In this document: in pieces, positions 26,289-46,600 of the stretch
Numbering within the stretch: the stretch's first letter is position 1
How the letters are laid out: the number at the start of each line of letters is the position of its first letter
Origin: Strigamia acuminata
Taxonomy: Eukaryota
DNA length: 64,000 bases
Reading direction: 5' to 3'
NCBI GenBank assembly: GCA_949358305.1
Contig: OX442314.1
Span: 13,454,001-13,518,000 of the forward strand
Notes under the pieces: generated by a model
The model's input: the letters and a program-made list of their open reading frames with translations, nothing else
Told to the model about the DNA's origin: nothing
Databases searched by the model: none
Position numbers and translations under genes: made by a program

Positions 26289-26323
26289 TGACGTCATAAA
26301 TCTTCTCTCTATCTCCCGCCAAA
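26289..26323. promoter_or_regulatory. CRE (TGACGTCA) and E2F site (TTTGGCGGGA) upstream of MCM5
   Basis: TGACGTCA at 26289-26296; TCCCGCCAAA at 26314-26323, 45 bp before the ATG; MCM genes are established E2F targets. Confidence 0.55.
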
Positions 26324-26367
26324 TTTACTTTGTGTATACTTCGTGTTTTCTTTGGCTGCATCTCATA

Positions 26368-29486
<3,119 letters not shown>

Positions 29487-29540
29487 AAACGTTTTATTAT
29501 ATTGTTTTGTTATTTTGTTTGTATACGGTAATAAAATACA

Positions 29541-31437
29541 TTAGCTTTCCTTTAATTTGTCTATTAATTGCGCCAAGCGACCGGCACAAACTTTCGCTAC
29601 TTCTTCGGACGGATGTTGCAGTATGTGCATTCCTTTGAGTGATAACACAATAAGTTCGTTCATTCCGTCGTTCGTAATATCGATGTACATAATGGAATGT
29701 AATGGATATGCAAAACTTTTTTGCCACTTGAGGTAATATTCGGGTTCCAAGAAGAAGTCCTCCGAATCGCTTTCGCAGTTAATGTTGTCACCGTTGTACT
29801 TGTATATTAATATTTCCTGTTTTGTTTTTTTTAATTAAAATAAATTTAAATTATAAATAAATTGATGTCAATTTAAATTTCGAAATTATTCACTTGGCCG
29901 TAAGTTCCTAAAACGATTTCATTTCGTCCATCCATGTCAACATCAGCCACACAAGCGCATAAAACACAGTCGTAATGGTCGCTGTCTGGTAGAATCAATT
30001 GATTTTCCAATCCGTTTTGAAGTACATTTCTAAAAATTAATAATAAAGTTATTTATCGTGGCATTACCCAGTGTTTTCTTTGCTACCTGTAAACTACAGA
30101 CGATTCTAATGAATTTGTTACTAATAAATGAAATGACGCGTCACGTTCGCTTGTTTTACACACCGACTGGAGAGAGACAGGAACTTCTATTGTACTCGCG
30201 GAGGTGAAAAATTGAAGATAAGTAATTGGACCATCGTGACAAACATCCCAATTAGCTTCAATTGCTGAAACAGTTTTTTAAAAAAATGTATTTTACTTTA
30301 AAAGTATAATTATTAACTGAATGTCGCACTTTTAGTTTCCGTATTGACGTAGAATACTCCCAGGAAACCATCTTCACACCCGATAGCTGTTAAGCGCTTT
30401 TTGTTGGCTTCAATATTAACTATGTTCATCCACATAACTCTGTATTTACGAAATATTGATCAATTTTCTTTTTTTTTAAATGCTAGGCACATTCATTGTG
30501 AAGCAATCTAAATATTGTTCAAAATGGTATTTAGTCTAAACGACTTTATGAATGTGCCTACTGTCTGTTTAAATGAATTAATTACATGCTCGGCACTTGG
30601 TCGAACTCTGGAAATTGGTCTTTAACCGATTCCTCAACGAATTTATGCATCAATTTATTCTGTAAACAAACAAAATGTCAATCTACATCAGTTTATTTTT
30701 ACTATTAAGGTAAATCACCTCTCGATACAAATGAATTTGTGCGTCGCTCCCACTTAGCAACCAAACAGTTTCTTGTATATCTCCATTATAAATTCTAAAG
30801 AAATAATAATAAAAAAAAAAGTTACGCCACCATTCAAGAACTTTTTAAAAATATATATAATATCTACTTAGTATTGTATAATTGATAGGGAATAAACAAT
30901 AAAGACACACTAGTGCAACTTTGAGCGATACTGTCCAAATTAAAATCCGGTCCAGATTCCCAGTCGAAATAAATATTTAAGTATTGAGTGCTAGTTTGAT
31001 TATCAATCGCCTGAAATTAATTAATCAATAATTTGATCATCTCACCTAAATTAACCAAACTATTATTCACTTTAATAAACGTAATTCCAATTACAAAATC
31101 ATTTCCTAAATCAGATTTACTGAATGCACCGATTGATATGATTTCCGCACCACCTATAAATAAATTTTAAAACATAGAAAAAAATAAGTAATTCAGCAAA
31201 ATATATAAACAAAAATTGCACTTTTGTACTTGGAATGTATGTAAAATGGATTTCCTTCGTCGACGGAAGAATTCGCTCGGTGGTTTTGTGAAATTCGATC
31301 GTATAAATTGCCGGATTTCTTAACGACGCTACTAAAATGGAATTGCTCGCTGTGGATAAATTCGTCATGCCATAAACATTGCTTTGTGATGGCAAGCCAA
31401 AAAAATGGGCTTCTCGAAACGAAAGAAGTTGTGACAT
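29541..31437 (-). CDS. KPTN: Kaptin (KICSTOR subunit)
   Basis: [90 protein letters not shown]. Confidence 0.9.
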
Positions 31438-31737
31438 TTTCCTTAACTAAACTACCGCTTATCACTGTCAATCATCATGTATCAACATCACCACCCCGAA
31501 ACCCAAGACGTAAACATGCGTGCGCAATACTGTGTCAAAATAATAATATATACGCATATCTGGAGTCGATGACTGTCATTGGCCGCGAGATAAACTCCTG
31601 ACACGCTATTGGCCCGAGCCTCCTATCAACCGAGTGTATTTTTATACACCCGGCGACGCCATCTTTGATCCGAATACACGTGGTGGTAAAATACTGATAT
31701 ATAGAATCTGGAAAGGTATGTAAACATTAAATTATCA

Positions 31738-32842
31738 ATGGTAGAAAATCATATTTTGAATGACATTTTACATGGATTACAGTTTGGACAGACAATGGGT
31801 CGTAAACTTGTTCACCGGTCGATAGCGAATGATAATAAAACACCAGAAGTTGTCGTCGTTAAAAAATCACAGAAACGAAAGGCTGAAGATGATTTGATGG
31901 ATGTGGAGGCTGGGGAGGGTGACAAAACGTTGTTCCCCCCAATGAAAAAGGAAAAATTAGTGGTATTTACACAATTAGAAAACTTAAATTCGATATTTTA
32001 TAAAATAATTTTTTTTTTGATTTTATTTAGGTGGACGTAAGGAAAGTTCCGGTGCCTGCTCACAGATACACGCCTTTAAGAGAAAATTGGCTCAAGATTT
32101 ACACACCGATTGTCAATCATCTGCATTTGCAAGTTAGATTTAATCTAAAAACACGACAAGTCGAGATTCGGGTACGAATTTGGCAAAGATATTCAATTAT
32201 CTCAATTAATGACTAATTTATATTCATTATTTTAATTTATTTAGACTTGCGAGGAAACGGAAGATATTGGATCGCTTCAGAAAGCGGCAGATTTTGTCAA
32301 GGCTTTTATATGTGGGTTTGATGTCGAGGTATGGAAATATCACTAAATCAAATGTCAACAGAAATTATAATTTTTTAAATTTTTTTTTGAAGGATGCATT
32401 GGCTTTAGTCAGATTAGATGATTTATTTATTCAGACGTTTGAAATTCAAGATGGTACGGTGTATTTATATCGATGGCCTTAAAAAAACAATTTTTATTAA
32501 TTTATTTCTATTTTCTAGTTAAACCTTTATTAAAAGGAGATCATCTGTCTCGAGCTATCGGCAGATTAGCGGGGAAAAACGGTCGTACAAAGTTTACTAT
32601 TGAAAATGTAACCAAAACTAGAATAGTTTTAGCAGACAGGTGATGATTTTATACGAATTTTGGAAATTGTATCTTAATTTACGGCTTTTCTTACACCGTT
32701 TAGCAAAATCCACATTCTCGGAGGACTTCAGAGCATACAAATAGCAAAACGTGCCATTTGTAATTTAATTCTGGGCAGTCCCCCATCTAAAATATACGGC
32801 CAGATGCGGCAGTACGCGAGCAGGCTTACGCAACGTTGTTAA
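31738..32842 (+). CDS. PNO1: RNA-binding protein PNO1/Dim2 (in-frame ATG at 31795 is an alternative start)
   Basis: [82 protein letters not shown]. Confidence 0.95.
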
Positions 32843-33380
32843 ATTAAACACTTTCATGACTAAATCAGTTTTAGTGATGTTTATATTTGTGTAATATAGT
32901 AGTTTAGTTTTAGGTAACATTTATTTCAAGTTTATACAACGTAAATTACATAAATATTAAATACAGCGATTGGCAAGCTCTGGAACAAATTCGTATTCCT
33001 TTTAAATTTGTGCTTTTCAAGCACTTTCAAATAAAAAAAATTAAAAAAATACACTGTACGGAAGTTGTAAAAAAAATGTATAACCATTGATTGTGCTGCG
33101 TGTGATGTGAACGTGAATATAAGGCAAAATAAATGGAAGTTGATGGAACTTATTAAAAATAATGCTTTTGAAATATGAGTATGGATTCTATATTGCATTT
33201 AAACAGTTCTCGTGCGGTGAGCCCTTCTTATAGCTTCAAGTGTAGTCACATTTACAAAAAGCATTACATTTTGCACAAAATCTTCCTCCTCTTAGCTGAT
33301 ATGCCTTTTAAATATTGCATTTTGTCGGTTTTAAAACCCAGAAAAAGCCACACAATAGATAAAAACGGTGCTATCAGTCC

Positions 33381-38405
<5,025 letters not shown>

Positions 38406-39066
38406 CCGTTCGCCATCACTGGATCACTGAGAATGAGTGGAGTCGCCAAAGCGGAGCACGAAACTAGATCCGGGAATCGATTCTCTTTTAAAAACATCGA
38501 GTTTTTTTATTCACAGACCGATATAACGATGTTTTTATTTTTTAATATCGATATTTGTATTATATTTATTTAAAAAAAATGAATCAATTAATAAATAAAA
38601 CGTGATTTAACGTGCATATATTAAAAAACTACAAATTTAAACAAAAAATCGATTGTCATACTGACGTAAGAAACCGAGAGGAGTTCTGGGATATGTTTTG
38701 GATTGGACACGTGTTTGACCTGACGTCAATGGATACGCCTGGACTGCGGCACGATGTCGGACATAGATGTTCTATTTCCGACCGAGTTTGATGTGCAAAA
38801 AAGTTTTCATGGCACGTATCCAACAGAGATATGTTTATTCTTTATTCCCTACAACGTCAGTGCGTTAATGCGCAATAGTGCTGGACACGTGCGCTAGCGC
38901 TAGTAACCAAGGATGCTGTTGTCTTGGCAGCGGATTCGAAAATACAGCCAGATGAACCAACTGCGAGCTGCAGCATATAAGAGGCCCAGGAGCAGCGGAG
39001 GCTAAATGGCAAAGACTGGAAGCCACGGAGCGAGTTGAGTGCTTCTAACACGACTAACAGTTGCAA

Positions 39067-40641
39067 ATGGAGCGCTTTTTCGAAGCTTTTCAGCCTGGTT
39101 TTCATAGTTATCACCCATTTCGGCTCAACACCTCTTCGGGAGAGATTCGTCCATCGTTACATTCGCTGCAAGAATGGTGCAAATTCACCATTTTACAGGT
39201 GATGACGCTACGCAATGTGAAACGGAAACAAGATTCTCTTCGCTTGCCACGTGCTTTAACCCATTACCTGCAGACATTCACGGCGAACGACTTCATCGAA
39301 GTGGAATCCGCACCTTTTGTAGACATTTTCAATTTCAGTTTCTACCACCGAGCTCTCACTTACAGAGTTCACTGCAAGTTCGACGGATGCGAGTACTTGG
39401 CAACGCACGGATCGAACCAAACCGATCTCGTCGATGCTGCCAAGATGCAGGAGAAAGAGAAATGGATCAATACGAGTCACGACAACATAATGACAATCTA
39501 TGGAATTGTTTTAGATGAGCTCACTGGAAACGTGTTCTACATTATGACTGTGCCTCATGTCTCTCTGGAGCATATTCAGGTTTGCCTAGCGCTTTGATTG
39601 TGTGAAATCTGTGCATTTTGCATGACTTTAAAGCGAAATAAACAAACAAACAAACCTAGCTAGAGATTCGTATTGCACGTTTTCCTGTTTATTTTGGGCG
39701 TTGTGTGACTAAACCGAATGAGTAATAACTTTTGTTTTCATATTGGTCAATTGAGATATTTTGGCTACAGGTTGTTAACACTGTGCCATTGCAGCAATGG
39801 AAATCACCGGGTGTTGCTGCCAAGTGTGTGCGTAATAATGAGTTTTTCATTTGCCTAACTTAGCTTTATTGTGTGACGAGTTTTCGTGATTAAAATATTA
39901 AAAATAGCTCGGCTTTTATACTTGTTTTTGTTGATTCGATAGATGATGCTGTTTAGTTCTAGTCTGCAAGTGCCAGAAATTGAACTATGGACTTTAGTGT
40001 ACCAATTGAGTATGGCACTTTTGTACATTCAATCGTGTGGTCTACATTATGGAGCATTTGGTTTGGATAATGTTTTTATGGTGGACAATCAAATTGTGCT
40101 GGAAAATGAATTAACGAGGAAATCCAGGCGAGTTTATACGATTTTCTATAAAATTATTTTTTATTTTATTTTTTATTTTTTTTGTTGCAGATTCGGTGAA
40201 AATTTATGGTCGCGGATATACCAAACGTCTTGGCATTCGAATTCTTCCACAAATCCGAGCGACAGCAGTTTATCTAAAAAACAACTGAGTGAAGCGCAGA
40301 GTATTTGGTATCTGGGTTTTATCATAAGCAAGTTTGCAAGTACTTATGCAGGATCGCCGTTGATATCGATCGACATCCCGCAGAATTTCCTCTTCTACAA
40401 ACGATGCATGACGTTTGACTCGTACAAGACGTATTCGCCCGAACTGTGTCACCTGATAATCGACACCCAGAATCCGGATTTCAGCAAGAAGCCTTCGCTC
40501 GTTCAGATTCGTGGTTTAGCTTTGGACATGGTTTGGAAATTACAAGGATTGGAAGGAAATGATCTAGTCAGAGTTAAGAGCAGTCTTTTAGAATTGGCCA
40601 AAAGGGAATTCGAAATGCGAAAACAAACTTATTGGAGATAA
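39067..40641 (+). CDS. Uncharacterised protein: N-terminal SOCS box + pseudokinase domain
   Basis: Predicted exons 39067-39579, 39771-39827 (phase 0/0), 39943-40127, 40191-40641. SOCS box SLQEWCKFTILQVM...LRLPRALTHYL; kinase-fold landmarks HDNIMTIYG, QLSMALLYIQ, IWYLGFII, YSPELCHLI...PDFSKKPSL. Confidence 0.75.
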
Positions 40642-40710
40642 AATTTACAACGACAAAATGTATTTATAGAAATATATTTAATTAATAAATGATTTGTCTC
40701 ATTTCCGCCA

Positions 40711-42256
40711 TTAATATTGCAACCATTCTTTCATATAAACGCACGTCGATGGTGAAATGTCTCCATTTTCCGAACACTTATCTATCACCTAAAGAAAAAT
40801 TGAAATAAAATTAATTTTAAATCAAGTTTTTTCCCCATTTTTTTTTATGTACAACTTTTAACTTACAGGGCATAAACCACAGGGAATCTGCAACAATCCT
40901 ACAGATTGCACTAAACTTTCCATCGATAAGTAAGTATTAAAAGTGTCGCCTGAAGATTGTCCAACTTTACCCATTTGGACAACTTTTTCCACTTTACCGT
41001 CGTAAACTAATGTGTTTAAAATCACTTCGATGTCTTGAGCAGTAAGTTCTACCTGTGGATTAAACAAATCATTGCTAATTAGAAATAATAACGACATTAA
41101 AAACCAAAATTACATTCATCAATCACGTAAAACGAGCAATTTGCATCACATACATCATCTATATACTCGTTTAGATTGACTTAATGAATGCAACTTGCTT
41201 TAATAAACCGTACTTTACAAAAACCTAGTCCCATAATATATTTCCTGACATCTTCCGAACTTGCTGAAGCTAATTGCCTTTGCACGAGGGGACTTTTATC
41301 AATTTTTTTCGCTTCGTCTAACTAAAATTTGAATAAATTTTAATGAAAATAAACAAAGTTGTTTCACGTTATTTTAACCGAACCTTGGAGTTCAAATACA
41401 TGTAGCATTGTTGGTTCAGAACTTCGACAAACTGTTGGTCGAAATCCTGATTACTGTACCACGCACCGCCAGTGAGAGAACTGTGCGGGTCCATATCGTA
41501 CACCATGTACACTTTTCTTTTACTTGCCTCGACGGATTTTACAGATTTAATCGCCCTCTCAGTCTCTAGAAGCTTCAATATTTTAGTTACGAGTATTTGA
41601 GACGGCAAGTTGCTTTTGTTTCGAATGTCACGTATCCAAATGCCTGCGTTAAAAGTACATTAGTTCATTAATTTTTTTTATTTTTAAAGTTACCTTTATT
41701 TCCCGCCGCTTTAACAATTTGATAAATAAGTTTTTTCTCAGCATCGCCTGTGATTTTTGGTCCCTCATTGTCTTTCCAACGTACAATAATGCCTTGGTTT
41801 TGTTTTGCTTTGTAAATATCGATTTGGTTCTAAAAAGTGTACAATTCAACGATTATTTTTTTTTAAAGTCGTCGAAAATGTCTACAAATTCATGTACTTT
41901 TTTGAGAAGGCGATTAATGGCCGTTGCAACGACCGATTTCTCGACATTTAAATACTCCGTTAATGCTTTCTCGGGTACTCCTTTTGGGATAGTTTTACAA
42001 TGAGCAATAATTCTATGAAAAATCAAAATAAACTCGGGTTAAAGCGTAGTTTTAAAAATGGCAATAATTTCGATACGTACTTTTCGTCCAACTCCAGTTC
42101 AGCCTGTAAAATAAAATAAAATTAAAACATTATAAAACAGAAAACATTGCGGTACTTTGTTTACATGCAGTGATTAAATGATGTAAAATATGCGCACATT
42201 GCGGCATGTAAACAAATGTTATTCCCGTTTGTCCTTACTTGAGATTCTTCGGTCAT
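40711..42256 (-). CDS. POLR3F: RNA polymerase III subunit RPC6 (C34)
   Basis: GNKGIWIRDIR, SVKSVEASKRKVYM, SLTGGAWYSNQDFD, DIEVILNTLVYDGKVE, IPCGLCPV...ISPSTC (Fe-S cysteines), ends MKEWLQY*; first exon ATG ACC GAA GAA TCT CAA|gtaag. Confidence 0.93.
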
Positions 42257-43487
42257 TATTCCACCACAACCTAACCTAACCAGTTTTTCTGTACAAAATA
42301 AATAGATTTAGCGGCCACTTTCACTCGAGATTGCGTAATGTCGCAAGGTGCTGTCTGCTGCCGAAGCGTAATTGATTTATTTTCTGCAGAACTTTAAAAG
42401 GGACAGGATAATTTGCGGAACCGCGGAACTGGCGGAACCGGCGGAACCGATGGGTTTGGAGAAAACCCGGAATCGCCAATCCTGCGGAAACGGCGGAACG
42501 GCGGAACAAGCTATGGAGGTCAGGGAAAAATAAATTTTAAAAATAAACAAAACTAAAAATAAATAAGAAAAAAAAATAAAAACAAATAAAAACAAACAAA
42601 ATAAAAATAAAGAAAAACAAACAAATATAAAAAATTTGCAATTTTTTTTCCTTAAAATTAATTTCATTTCTCCAAAAAAAAATTTCAAATTTTATAATGA
42701 CTCAGTATGCATATTTTTTCGATTATTAATAAATTATATAGAAATTTTCAACAATTAGCGTGTAATTAAACGATCCGCAAGTGGTATAATACAAGAGTTA
42801 CAGCAGCACCATATGGTGGCAAAATGCTATAAAATCAAACAAAAATGGCGCCCAGAAAGGAAAACATGAACATGAACATGAACATGAAGCATGGTAATAA
42901 CACGATTAAAGGTGAGTAAATTATTTTTGATAAAAAAATTAGGTATGTAACTACAATTGATTCTTAAAAACTATTTCTTCCATTCAAACAACCAGAAAAC
43001 TGAAAACTGAACGAGAATACGGGAATCGAACATCGGAATTGGAACAAAAAAGAAACAAAAACTTCAACAGACTGAACTATGATAATAAGGGGTTGGTGTA
43101 GCTTAGAATCGAAACATTACGGTAAGTTGATAGTTTATTAAAAACGGTAATTATTGTTTTCAAAGAAAATTATAAACTCAACATGAATAAGAAATAAAAA
43201 TTCCAATTGCTAGGCAATATTGGAACGGGGATGTTCCATGGTCTATAGAGAAAGACAACAGTGCAACAGGAGAATGCCGAGTACCGAGAAGCAGCTGAAC
43301 TATTCTAATCAGGAAAATTTGTTCAGTGATATGATAATTTGAAGTCGTAACGTTTTTTCGACGGTTGTTTGTTCCGTTTGTTCCCCGTTCATTTTTTCTC
43401 TGGTCATTTGTTTCCTGTTCATTTTTCTCTGGTCATTTGTTCCCTAGTTATCTTTTAGATGTTCATATTTTCAAAATTCATTATTTC

Positions 43488-43522
<35 letters not shown>

Positions 43523-43688
43523 ATGAGTTAATGCTTTTACGATTAAATGAAAATAGTCAAAGTTCAAATGGAAATTTATATCAGTTACATTCTCTTCACA
43601 GTGTATGTAATGAAGAGGCTAAACAGACGTTACAAAAAAAACAAGCTTATTTTTTTGCCTGTCGAAAAAACGAACCCCGATAATTTTA

Positions 43689-46600
43689 TCACAGATTTTT
43701 GCATGTCTTGCATACAAAATATTTTGTTGCTTTCAAGACTGAATCAGCTATTGAAATACAACCTTGGTGAAACCATTTCCGACACAGAACACAAAACACT
43801 TGTTTATCCCCATGGCTTTCATTTTTTTTACAGTCCTGAATTTCACAGATAGTCCAATTCTTCGAATTATCAGATTCTTTGAGTAAACTAGCGATTTCAT
43901 TGAAAGTTGTCTCTTCCAAAGTTTGAAGATTTTTTTCAATCCTATCTTGGATGTTATCTAAGGACACAGCAGCATTGTAGAACTTTTGGTTCAATGATCT
44001 ATTTAAATTAATTTTCTTTTTAATTGGTGATGATTTAACATTTTCATTTGACATTATCGCAGTTCCAATCCAAAATCGGGCATTCTTGCTGACAAAACTG
44101 CAGTCCAAAACATTCTGCAATATTGCCGATGCGTACACACATACAAAAACGCCACAGTCAAAAGTGTTTCTTTGCTTTTCTGCATCTATGCAAATTTTGG
44201 CTTGCCACAGATTAACTTGGAATGGTAAATCTGCTATCAGATGACAAGCAGCAGCTAAAGTTGTAAGGTAGCATATGTACTTATCATAGTTTTTCTCAGG
44301 GGAGTACGCAGAATCTATTATATAAACACATCTGGTTTTGAAATAAATTATCCCGAGAAACCAATGATCATTGTCAACGTTGATTGGTGCAAGGAGAATT
44401 TCTTTTTCTAGTGCAGCTGCATTATTTAGGTATTTAAGAATAGGATCCCATTTTGATTTCACTCTCTTTGGTGATTCAAAAAATGACACAAAATAAGCAG
44501 GGCACAATGATGCAACTTCTTTCAAATCATTATTATTAATTTCAGCTGTAATAAAGCTGTCTAAAATTATGTCTGAAAGCCACACTTCTGGTTTCAGAGT
44601 TTCTAACTCTTTTAGCAAGTCCATTTTAATAGTATTTGGAATTTTCATCGGTGATGATGGACAAGGGTTTTTCCATGGTAAACATTGCTGCAATTTGTCA
44701 TTTTTGACATGTATTTCTGTCTGTGGGGTAGATGATGAAAATTTCAGCTTGCTTTTAGGAGTGCTGAAACCTTGATCTTTGCAAACTGGTTTGTCAAAAG
44801 TTGAATTCAAATTATAAGATGAAGCTATTTCTAGAGAAGGGCTAGACACATTTTCAGAATCACTAAACGAGGCATGCATTTCACACTCATCCTCGTCTAG
44901 GAACTGTTTACTTAATTGCGAATCAGGAGCTGCAATTACGTCGTAATCGAAATCTTTAGGCCTAGGTCTTTTTCGCCCTGCCTTTCCTTCTCGTCCTTTA
45001 GCCTGCTTCCGTAGCACTGATAAGTTGTATGTGGCTGTGTCACATTTGCTGATGTTGGTAGATAATTCGACAGCCAAAATGTGATAACATTTCCCAGTGC
45101 TTGGACATGTGCATATCCATTTTCCTGTTCCTGGTGCTGAAATAACTGAATAGGTTGAATTATTTTTAACACTTTTCACAAGAAAACATTTGAATTTGGG
45201 ATGAAGCCCAACATAATCCCGCTCTACACACAGTTGGGCTATCATTGTTTGTGTTAGCCTGTAGGTATCACTCTTTTCTACTGTGTGATTCCCTTTTGCT
45301 AAATTGCATTGTTCTACAATGGTTTCAGGTGGAAGAAATGGTGGGATATCGATGACAATTGGACTTTTAAAAGATTCTTTCATTTCATAATTCCCCAGCT
45401 TTAGTTCTGCCCGATGAAACTCATTCAGATAATAGCAAATTAAGTAGTGAAAAATAAGCACAAAAGTATCAGCAGGCAATTCGTCCCAGTTCACTTCACG
45501 CTTTAAAACATAATTAAAACTCTCAGAAATGTTGTTAGTTGCAGATATTCCTTGAAATGCTCCAAATTTTTGTCGAATAAATTTTGCACTGTGCTTTTGT
45601 ATGTGGGGGAAAATGTTTTCCTTTATGTAGCACTTAAATTTATCTGACCAAGATACTTCAAAAGCTGCGTACATCTCTAACAATGATTCATTAGAATTAC
45701 AATCAAGCAACCTTTCAATATCATCTTTCAACACTTTAATGTCACAGGAATTTCCTCCATTTTTCTTGAGCCAATGCTCAACATCTTTAAGCAAATGATT
45801 TTGGCAAATTATGAGAGGAATATTAGGGAACAGTTCATTCAAAGATGATATTATTCCCTGTTCACGGTCACAGACAAATGGAATGTTTGATGATTTATCC
45901 ATGCCAATTTTTTTTAGAATGGATTCAAGAAACTTTTTATGACAACTTTTAAACTTTCTCTCATGAATCATGAAAGCAACTGGAAATATGGGATTGTCAA
46001 TCAGGCGGATATTTCTTATCACAAGAACAGACACATAAAAATCCCCTAGATTAAAAGTTGTATCATATGATACGACTTGACCAAGCAATGGATTCTTCTT
46101 ACTTGTTGTGATAATGCTTTTTGCATAGCTTATCGCACTGGGCAATGAGTAAATCACATTCAAATCAGGAAAAATGTCAATCGATTCTATACTTCCTAAC
46201 TGGTGGGCTATTTCGTTCAAACCAAAAATGGCATCATTTGATAAGCGTGATTTTTCTCTTTCTATTCTGATTGCATTTTTTACTTGATCCAGGTTTCTTG
46301 GACGATCGACAGGCATGTGAGCAGCATCACCTAAAGTGCTCTGCTTAGCAAGCAAGGATTTATATATAGTTGATGCAGTACTTTGTTTATTGTTAATCTC
46401 AGTGATTAAATTTTGAAATACTTTTTTTTGTGATGCGACATACGGTTTATCTCCCCTTTTTCTATTCCCATGGTTGCTAGGAATATGTAGTGAGTGGTCA
46501 CCAGTATACGAAATTAAAAAAAAAATTTCATTATTTGGAAGATTAAAAACAGATCTTTTAAATTCTTTCAAACAATCATTTCCTGATCCTGCTGGATCTT

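Noticed and set aside
43490..43518. T29 run as a retroposed poly(A) tail of the transposase
   Set aside because: Long A/T homopolymers are common in this window and no flanking TSD was seen.
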